This document shows, piece after piece, positions 57,830-64,000 of a stretch of DNA of 64,000 nt. The DNA lies in NCBI GenBank assembly GCA_963815835.1, contig CAWFIF010000001.1:1571479-1635478 (forward strand), written 5' to 3'. The stretch comes from an uncultured delta proteobacterium (GTDB taxonomy: Bacteria > Desulfobacterota > Binatia > Binatales > Binataceae). Position numbers and translations under genes: made by a program. The notes beneath the pieces are model-generated. The model did not search any database and was not told the DNA's origin. It saw only the letters and a program-made list of their open reading frames with translations. Each line of letters begins with the position of its first letter. Within the stretch, counting starts at the first letter, position 1.

Positions 57830-58348
57830 CTACAGCCAGCGCCTCACGCGCGTTTTGTAATCGGAGTATTGCGCGCCAAAAAGCCGCTCCATGTTTTGTT
57901 CTTCAAGCGGAATCACCATCCGATCGATGATGACGACGAACGCGATCGGCGCGAGCAGCATCGCGATCGACGCGAAGAAAACCGCGAACCCGAAAAGAAC
58001 AAGCGTGATGCCCAGGTACATCGGATTGCGGGTGAACGTGTACGGCATCTCGACGACGAAAGCGGTCGCTTCGCCTTGCGGGTTCTTGGTTGTGCCGCGC
58101 GCCTGGAACAGTGCAGCCGCGTAGAAGCAAATCCCGGTTCCTCCCGCGACCAACAGCAGACCAAGAATGTGATGCGCATAAACGGCACGCGGACCGCCCG
58201 ACAGGGCGTGCAGCAGCAATCCACCCGCCAGGCACAGCAGCGCGAGTAACGGAGGAGGAATCGGGAAACCCTTGGCCTCCGGAACATTCGGCGCGCTTGA
58301 AGTCGTCGCCGAACTACCGCTCGATGACGTGGTTGAAGTCTCATCCAT
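57830..58348 (-). CDS. Isoprenylcysteine carboxyl methyltransferase (ICMT/PEMT) family membrane methyltransferase
   Basis: ..YTFTRNPMYLGITLVLFGF.. and ..EEQNMERLFGAQYSDYKTRVRRW.. are ICMT-family motifs. N-terminal Ser/Thr-rich tail. Confidence 0.65.
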   Translation of the reverse strand: MDETSTTSSSGSSATTSSAPNVPEAKGFPIPPPLLALLCLAGGLLLHALSGGPRAVYAHHILGLLLVAGGTGICFYAAALFQARGTTKNPQGEATAFVVEMPYTFTRNPMYLGITLVLFGFAVFFASIAMLLAPIAFVVIIDRMVIPLEEQNMERLFGAQYSDYKTRVRRWL

Positions 58349-58360
58349 GATTCGCCGTCC

Positions 58361-59836
58361 TCATTCCTCTTCGGCCTTGAGTCCCAACTCCGCGACGCTG
58401 ATTCCCAGCTCGCGCATTTTCTGCTGGAAGCTCTGCCGATACATTCCGACTTTTTCGGCCGCGCGCGAGATGTTTCCATTGGTCGAGCGCAGCGCCCGCA
58501 CAAAATATTCGCGCTCCCATTCGCTGACGAATTTCTCTTTCGCCTCGCGAAATCGTAGGCCGTTGCCACCATTGCCGTTTTCGTTGAGATGAATCTCTGC
58601 CGGCGGTGAAGATGACGCGCCGGCGCCGCTCTCCAGTTTCATGGTCGCCTCCGTGGGTGTGCCGCCGAACAACTCGGCGGGCGTGATTTCGTCGCCCGAG
58701 GACAGGATCACTGCCTGCTCGATAGCCGAACGCAGCGAACGCACATTCCCGCGCCATGGATTCTCGACGCATGCGCGCATCGCCTCGGGCGTGAGTTGCT
58801 TGTGAAGCGGCTTCTGCGCGGTCCCGAATCGCTCGCAGGCTTCCTTCAGAAAATGCTGCACAAGACGCGGGATGTCTTCGCGCCGCTCGCGCAGTGGCGG
58901 GACGCGAATCTCCACCACCTTGATTCGATAATAGAGGTCCTCGCGGAAGCGCCCCTCGGCCACCATCGCTTCGAGGTCCTGGTTGGTCGCGGCGATGATG
59001 CGGACGTTTGCCGAGAGCGACTGATTGCCGCCGATGCGCTCAAAGCGCTTCTCCTGGATGACGCGCAGCAATTTCGCCTGCGTCTCCGGATTCATGTCGC
59101 CGATCTCGTCGAGAAACAGCGTGCCGCCTTCCGCCGCCTCGAATTTGCCTTCGCGCCGCGCAATGGCGCCGGTGAAGGATCCCTTCTCATGACCGAAGAG
59201 TTCGCTCTCGACCAGCTCGCGCGAGAACGCCGCGCAATTGACAGCCACGAACGGGCCTTTGGCGCGCGGGCTCCTGAAGTGGATCGCCTTTGCGACCAAC
59301 TCCTTGCCCGTCCCCGATTCTCCACGAACCAGCACCGTCGCATCGGTCTGCGCGACCTTCTCGATGGTCTCGTACACGCGCACCATCGCGAGCGAGCCGC
59401 CCACCATATCGGCGAATCTCCCGGCCTCGCGCGCTGCCTGCTCACTGAGTTGTTGATGGGCGCGCTTCAGGAGCTGCTTCTCCATCACCTTGCGCACCTT
59501 GATCCGCAACTCGTCGTTGTCGAATGGCTTGGGAAGGTAGTCCTCGGCGCCGGCCTTCATCGCCTCGACGGCGATTCGCTGCGAGCCGTAGGCGGTGATC
59601 ATCAGGACCGCGCACTCCGCGTCGAGCTGGCGCACCGCGCGCAACAGGTCGAGGCCGCTCATTCCCTTCATGCTCAAGTCGGTGATGATGACGTGAAACG
59701 GCGCGGCTTTGACTTTTTCGAGCGCCTCTTCACCGGACTCCGCGGTCTCGACCTCGTAACCTTCCTTGGAAAAGAGTCCCTTGAGCGCGATAACGATGCC
59801 GCGCTCGTCGTCAACGATCAGCAAGCGCCCCGTCAT
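58361..59836 (-). CDS. Sigma-54-dependent response regulator (REC + AAA+ bEBP + Fis HTH; NtrC family)
   Basis: Receiver ..[21 protein letters not shown]... AAA+ ..[25 protein letters not shown].. (GAFTGA variant). C-terminal ..[24 protein letters not shown].. HTH. The ATG overlaps the upstream kinase stop. Confidence 0.9.
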   Translation of the reverse strand: MTGRLLIVDDERGIVIALKGLFSKEGYEVETAESGEEALEKVKAAPFHVIITDLSMKGMSGLDLLRAVRQLDAECAVLMITAYGSQRIAVEAMKAGAEDYLPKPFDNDELRIKVRKVMEKQLLKRAHQQLSEQAAREAGRFADMVGGSLAMVRVYETIEKVAQTDATVLVRGESGTGKELVAKAIHFRSPRAKGPFVAVNCAAFSRELVESELFGHEKGSFTGAIARREGKFEAAEGGTLFLDEIGDMNPETQAKLLRVIQEKRFERIGGNQSLSANVRIIAATNQDLEAMVAEGRFREDLYYRIKVVEIRVPPLRERREDIPRLVQHFLKEACERFGTAQKPLHKQLTPEAMRACVENPWRGNVRSLRSAIEQAVILSSGDEITPAELFGGTPTEATMKLESGAGASSSPPAEIHLNENGNGGNGLRFREAKEKFVSEWEREYFVRALRSTNGNISRAAEKVGMYRQSFQQKMRELGISVAELGLKAEEE

Positions 59837-61485
59837 TGACGTCCCCTCATCGAGTCAGCCGCCGCGCTAAGTTGCACGGTCGGCGACGAATCCAAAATCG
59901 TAGTTGTGGATGAAGTGTTGTTGCCGCTGTTCATTGGCGAGCCTGCGGGCTTCGCCTGCGGCGGCGAGTCTGCAGGTTGTGCCTGCGCGGCGGTTCCGTT
60001 TTGATTCACGGCTGACGCGGCGCCATTCAGATCGGCGTTGATCCAGGCGCGTGCCGCATCCGCAAGCGGAATAGAAATCGATAGCTCAGTGCCTTCGCCC
60101 ACGCGGCTGTTCACATCGATCTTGCCGCGATGTGAATCGACCACCTTCTTCGCGATTCCCATCCCGAGCCCGGTACCGGTCTGCTTGGTGGTGTAGAAGG
60201 GATTGAAAATCTTCGCGAGCTTGTCTTCCGGAATGCCGCATCCGTTGTCGCGAATCGTCACCGTCGCCATGCCCGGATTCGCGCTGCGGATCGCGACATC
60301 GAGATGACGCTCGCTGGTGTTGTTTTCCATCGCATCGATCGCGTTGTCGATGATGTTGGTGAAAACCTGGCGCAGCTTGTCCGCATCGGCGCGGACCGTG
60401 GGCCCTCCGATGTAGTTGCGCGAGATCGAGACGTTCTTCGATTCCAACTTGCCGCGCATCTGAGTCAACGATGCGTCAAGAATCGCGGCCAGATTCACGT
60501 TGTCGAAGTTGTAGTCTTCTTCCTTCGCATACTTGAGAAGATGCGACACGCTCTTCTCGACCCGCTGCAACTCATCGAGCGCGACCTTCGCATACTCGAC
60601 GTTTTCCTGCGAGGTCGGATCTTCGCCCATCTGCTGCACGAGGCTCTTGGCGGCGGCGATCGGATTGCGGATCTCATGCGCGAAGCTGGCGGTCAGCTCA
60701 TCGAGCGAGGCCTGCTTCTCGGTCGCCATCACCTCTTTTTCCTTGGTGACCTCGGCGCGCACCTCGCGCTGAATCGCGGGCTCGAAGACGCGCTGGCGGA
60801 TGACGTCCCATCCGTAGACCGCGGCGAAGTGGCTCACGATGCCGAACCCCCATCCGAACGCGGGCCATTGCCACCACCAGTGGAACGGACTGGTGAACAT
60901 GTTGAGCAGGAACAGGAATCCGATGACGATGCCGTACCACATCAGGTGGATGTAAAAGCCGGCCTCGCGCGAAGCTTGTTTGCGCGCCAGCAGGTAGGCG
61001 CGGCGCTCATCATCGGTCTTGAATTTGGGATCGTCGTTGGCGCTGGGACGAGGATCGCGTGGAGCTTCGGGTGCGACGGCAGCCGCAGCAGGCGTCTTAC
61101 CACTGAACTTCGATGCCTCGCGGTCGATGGTCTCGCGCAGCTTGCGCTGAAAATCGCGCGCCGCAGCCTCGATATCCTTGGCGCCGCTCCTCCAATCCTG
61201 CTGCCGGGACCAGGCCTTGAATTCCTTCCACTCGGCGCGCCCCCAATCCTCGAAGTCCTTCGGCCAATTGCCCCAGTGCTCCGAGGCGCACGCACCGCGG
61301 TCTGAAGCGTCCGCCTGCGGATCATATTTGCGCATGTAGCGGTCCCATTTTCTCGACCATCTATCCGAGCCTCTATTGCACGACATGCGCCGATACCTGC
61401 GTCTTTGAATCAATGCGAAAATGATTATTGCGGCGATTATAAAACCCATGATTCCTGGCTTGGCCGCTCGAAAGCCGTCCAGCAT
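59833..61485 (-). CDS. Sensor histidine kinase (N-terminal TM, Trp-rich 2TM-like segment, HisKA, HATPase_c)
   Basis: ..[44 protein letters not shown].., H-box ..[12 protein letters not shown].., and N/G1/G2 boxes ..[24 protein letters not shown]... Confidence 0.85.
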   Translation of the reverse strand: MLDGFRAAKPGIMGFIIAAIIIFALIQRRRYRRMSCNRGSDRWSRKWDRYMRKYDPQADASDRGACASEHWGNWPKDFEDWGRAEWKEFKAWSRQQDWRSGAKDIEAAARDFQRKLRETIDREASKFSGKTPAAAAVAPEAPRDPRPSANDDPKFKTDDERRAYLLARKQASREAGFYIHLMWYGIVIGFLFLLNMFTSPFHWWWQWPAFGWGFGIVSHFAAVYGWDVIRQRVFEPAIQREVRAEVTKEKEVMATEKQASLDELTASFAHEIRNPIAAAKSLVQQMGEDPTSQENVEYAKVALDELQRVEKSVSHLLKYAKEEDYNFDNVNLAAILDASLTQMRGKLESKNVSISRNYIGGPTVRADADKLRQVFTNIIDNAIDAMENNTSERHLDVAIRSANPGMATVTIRDNGCGIPEDKLAKIFNPFYTTKQTGTGLGMGIAKKVVDSHRGKIDVNSRVGEGTELSISIPLADAARAWINADLNGAASAVNQNGTAAQAQPADSPPQAKPAGSPMNSGNNTSSTTTILDSSPTVQLSAAADSMRGRQ

Positions 61486-61723
61486 TTTTGTAGAGATTGG
61501 CGGCGACCTTCTTGCAGCTTAGCTCTCACGCAGGGGTAATGGGAGCAAGGCGGATGCCATCAGGCCATCGCTAAAATGTCTTGAATATCAAGGTTTTTTT
61601 CGATGCAGGAATTCCTCGAAGCTTGGAATGCAGTCCGCGGACTGCATTGGGCCGACTGCGCATGGCTCGCGCGTTAGAAATTACGAATCGAATCGGTGTA
61701 CAGTTTTTCTGGGCACGATTCCA

Positions 61724-62512
61724 ATGAGTCAGTATTGGCCGTTTTCCGGCCTGACCCGTTACGGCGCTCTGCGCGAGCGCCTCATCGTATCGCTCGACTT
61801 GGGCGATCGGCGCGAAGCTTTGAAGATGGTCAACCAGCTCGGGCGGCTGGTTGGCATGTTCAAGATCGGCAAGCAGCTTTTTGTTTCCGGCGGCCCTGAC
61901 TTCGTGCGCGAGGTTCGCCGTCGCGGCGCCGAGGTTTTCCTCGACCTGAAATTCCATGACACGCCGCGGGCGCTGATGCGCACTGCGATGGAGGCCACGC
62001 GCCTCGGGGTGCGGATGTTCGATGTCCACCTCAATGGGCATGCGGAATCGATTGCGCGGGTGCGCGCCGAAATCAACCGACTGTGCCAGAACGAAGGGCT
62101 GCGTAAGCCGCACATCGTCGCGGTTGCGATGCTGATGGGTGTGACGCGCGAAGACGCGGAGAACGGTTCGCGTCACGGAATCGACGGAATGGTGGAACTC
62201 GCGCGGCATGCGGCGACCGCGGGCCTCGACGGAGTTTTCACCTCGGCGCAGGGAGCCCCGCGCATCCGCAGCATGTGCGGAAGGCGCTTCATTATTGTGA
62301 CGCCGGTTCCATGTCTGCGCGATGGTGCGAGCGAGTTCGTCGATGGCGCCGCGGCGATTCACGCGGGTGCGGATTTTCTGGTGGTTGGCAGCCCAATCTG
62401 GAAGGCCAGCGAGCCGATGCGGGCGGTGCGCGAGATTGTCGATCAGATAGACCGTGGGCTTCGCAGCGGACCTCCCAGCGGACCGATCTCAATCATCCCG
62501 CGTCACCGCTAA
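61724..62512 (+). CDS. pyrF: Orotidine-5'-phosphate decarboxylase
   Basis: ..LIVSLDLGDRREALKMV..MFKIGKQLFVSGGPDFV..VFLDLKFHDTP.. shows the catalytic DxKxxD region. Confidence 0.85.
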   Translation: MSQYWPFSGLTRYGALRERLIVSLDLGDRREALKMVNQLGRLVGMFKIGKQLFVSGGPDFVREVRRRGAEVFLDLKFHDTPRALMRTAMEATRLGVRMFDVHLNGHAESIARVRAEINRLCQNEGLRKPHIVAVAMLMGVTREDAENGSRHGIDGMVELARHAATAGLDGVFTSAQGAPRIRSMCGRRFIIVTPVPCLRDGASEFVDGAAAIHAGADFLVVGSPIWKASEPMRAVREIVDQIDRGLRSGPPSGPISIIPRHR

Positions 62513-62536
62513 TAGCAGAAAATCGTAACAGGTTGG

Positions 62537-63079
62537 GTGAGAGAAATGTCACGGCTGAGCATTCCGGCCAATGAGCAACTCCCTTCGGAGATGCGCAAAC
62601 AAGTTGAATCGATCGATGCGACCGGTGCGGATTCGACGGTGCTGCGAGTGTTGGGCCATCGGCCCGACATGATCGAATCCTACTTTAAGTTCTACTACCC
62701 GCTGCACAACGGCGGCATCGTGGACCCCACGCTCAAGGAGTTGGTGCGGCTAAGGATCGCGTCGCTGAACCAATGCCTCACTTGAAAGAAAGCGCGATTT
62801 CCATCGGCGATGGAAAAAGGTCTGACTGAAGAGAAAATTTCGCGGCTGGAAAATTTCCGCGCCGACCCGGCGTTTAACGAGCGCGAGCGGATCGCGCTGG
62901 AGTTCGCGGAGAAAATGGCGACCAATCACACTTCGATCGACGACGATTTCTTTCGCAGGATGCGCGCGCATTTTTCCGACGCGGAGATCGTCGAAATTGG
63001 GATGGCGGCGGGGCAATATATCGGCTTCGGCCGCCTGTTGATGGTATTGGACCTGGAGCGTCCCGTCTGTAACATCTGA
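62537..63079 (+). CDS. AhpD-like / carboxymuconolactone-decarboxylase-family protein with in-frame TGA at the second Cys of the CxxC motif (candidate selenoprotein, CxxU)
   Basis: ORFs 62537..62785 and 62810..63079 share a frame. Read through, they give ..ELVRLRIASLNQC-L-T-[TGA]-KKARFPSAMEKGLTEEKISRLENFRADPAFNERERIALEFAE.., which aligns with AhpD-core ..LVRLRVSQINGCAYC..W.....F.ERERAAL... A hairpin follows the TGA. Confidence 0.55.
62798..62816 (+). promoter_or_regulatory. SECIS-like stem-loop 12 nt downstream of the in-frame UGA
   Basis: TTTCCATC-GGC-GATGGAAA is an 8-bp perfect stem with a G-rich apical loop. The position and size are compatible with bacterial SelB-binding elements. Confidence 0.4.
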
Positions 63080-63090
63080 GCGGTTTATTT

Positions 63091-63386
63091 AGGATAGAGG
63101 CCCGATGGGGGCGCACAGCGCCGCGACGAAGTCGCTCCCGAGGCGGAGCGAAGCGTAGTCGAGGGAAACGAGAGCCGTCAGTTGAAGTTTCAAAAAACGT
63201 AAAATCGAGGCCCGAAGGGGGCGCGGAGCGCCACGCCGCAGGCGTACCCGAGGCGGAGCGAAGCGGAGTCGAGGGAAACGAGAGCCGTCAGTTGAAGTTT
63301 CAAAAAACGTAAAATCGAGGCCCGAAGGGGGCGCGGAGCGCCACGCCGCAGGCGTACCCGAGGCGGAGCGAAGCGGAGTCGAGGGA
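63091..63386 (+). repeat. 110-nt tandem direct repeat (about 2.7 copies) forming paired hairpins, ending 10 nt before the TauE/SafE start codon
   Basis: Copies run 63091-63200, 63201-63310 and 63311-63386. The last two are identical. The first differs by compensatory changes that preserve two hairpins: GGCGC-ACA-GCGCC and GCGAC-GAA-GTCGC versus GGCGC-GGA-GCGCC and ACGCC-GCA-GGCGT. Confidence 0.7.
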
Positions 63387-63396
63387 TATATTAAGG

Positions 63397-64000
63397 ATGG
63401 GGGAAATCCTACTCGGACTATTCGCGCTGTCGGTCGGCTCCGGCTTCATCGGCGCGCTGTCGGGGCTGGGCGGCGGCGTCTTCATCGTGCCCGCGCTGGT
63501 GGTGCTCGCGAAAATGCCGATGAAGGTCGCGGTCGGCGCGAGCCTCATTTCGGTAGTTGCGACCAGCGCCGGCGCCAGCGTCGCATTCGTGCGCGATGGA
63601 TGGACCAACCTGAAGGTCGCGATGGTGCTCGAATGCGCGACCGTCACCGGCGCGCTCACCGGCGCATACCTCGCAGGGGTGATCCCCACGACCGTTCTCG
63701 AATTGCTTTTCGCGCTGATGATGCTGCAATCGGCATACTTCTCATTGGAAAAACAGGAAGACGATCTGATTGAAAGCGGCGATCCAATCGCCAAACGATT
63801 GCATCTCATGGGCGAGGTCCAGGACGAAACCGGAAAGCTGGTGCACTATGAAGTTATCAATTTTCCCAAGGGCGCGGCGCTGATGGTCGTCGCGGGCATC
63901 ATGTCGGGGTTGCTCGGAATCGGTTCCGGAGCGCTCAAGGTGATGGCGATGGATTACTTCATGCACCTGCCGCTGAAGGTTTCGAGCGCGACCAGCAATT
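63397..64000 (+). CDS. TSUP-family (TauE/SafE, DUF81) membrane transporter, 3'-truncated by window edge
   Basis: Not in the ORF track because there is no stop before the window end. ATG at 63397 gives MGEILLGLFALSVGSGFIGALSGLGGGVFIVPALVVLAK..GASLISVVATSAGASVAFVRDGW.., the TauE/SafE glycine-rich signature. Confidence 0.7.
   Translation, partial: MGEILLGLFALSVGSGFIGALSGLGGGVFIVPALVVLAKMPMKVAVGASLISVVATSAGASVAFVRDGWTNLKVAMVLECATVTGALTGAYLAGVIPTTVLELLFALMMLQSAYFSLEKQEDDLIESGDPIAKRLHLMGEVQDETGKLVHYEVINFPKGAALMVVAGIMSGLLGIGSGALKVMAMDYFMHLPLKVSSATSN

Noticed and set aside
62783-62785. Treating the AhpD-like split as a simple pseudogene
   Set aside because: The stop is TGA at precisely the catalytic second-Cys column of a family with known Sec members. 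The downstream part is intact and in frame, and a stem-loop follows at SECIS distance. The pseudogene reading is kept as the alternative in the finding.
63091-63386. Minisatellite or assembly artefact explanation for the 110-nt tandem repeat
   Set aside because: Copy 1 differs from copies 2 and 3 specifically by paired substitutions that keep both hairpins intact. That argues for selection on RNA structure rather than collapse or expansion noise. An artefact still cannot be excluded without reads.

Overview
This is a high-GC bacterial chromosomal segment, visibly about 60-65% GC with a few AT-richer pockets. There are roughly 60 genes, often translationally coupled, and no rRNA, tRNA, CRISPR array, transposase or prophage genes were seen. 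Gene content suggests a soil bacterium of an Acidobacteria-like lineage; this is an inference from a TonB-dependent receptor with a carboxypeptidase-regulatory N-domain, many multiheme cytochromes, and ECF sigma and sigma-54 two-component systems.

Working left to right, the window holds:
1. An acyl-CoA side-chain catabolic cluster (crotonase, SDR, two CaiB-type CoA-transferases with one frameshifted, a DUF35/thiolase pair, nitronate monooxygenase).
2. A complete pqqABCDE operon beside an RND efflux pump, a TonB-dependent receptor and a PQQ/heme-c quinohemoprotein alcohol dehydrogenase.
3. Fpg and an ATP-grasp/flavin-monooxygenase pair.
4. An ECF sigma, anti-sigma and DUF3106 envelope operon.
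5. PPi-phosphofructokinase, a CPBP protease interrupted by an in-frame TAG, a porin with a 12-Thr tract, and an acyl-CoA dehydrogenase.
6. An AT-rich decayed islet (XRE regulator plus MFS and CheB gene fragments).
7. An 1104-aa zinc-ribbon/adenylyl-cyclase/STAND-ATPase/TPR protein, convergent on a small 2TM cNMP-binding protein.
8. An operon of pentaheme cytochrome, outer-membrane beta-barrel, monoheme cytochrome c and NapC/NirT tetraheme cytochrome (candidate porin-cytochrome electron conduit), upstream of which sits a B12-radical-SAM gene.
9. Housekeeping genes (IMPase, deoxyhypusine-synthase-like, PgpA, CinA, PyrF).
10. A sensor kinase, sigma-54 response regulator, methyltransferase, PspA and lipoprotein operon.
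11. An AhpD-like ORF with an in-frame TGA at the CxxC second-Cys position followed by a hairpin (candidate selenoprotein).
12. A 110-nt tandem structured repeat in the leader of a TauE/SafE gene.

A 500-bp convergent intergenic region also carries five copies of a TGG-N8-TTGC (sigma-54-like) motif.
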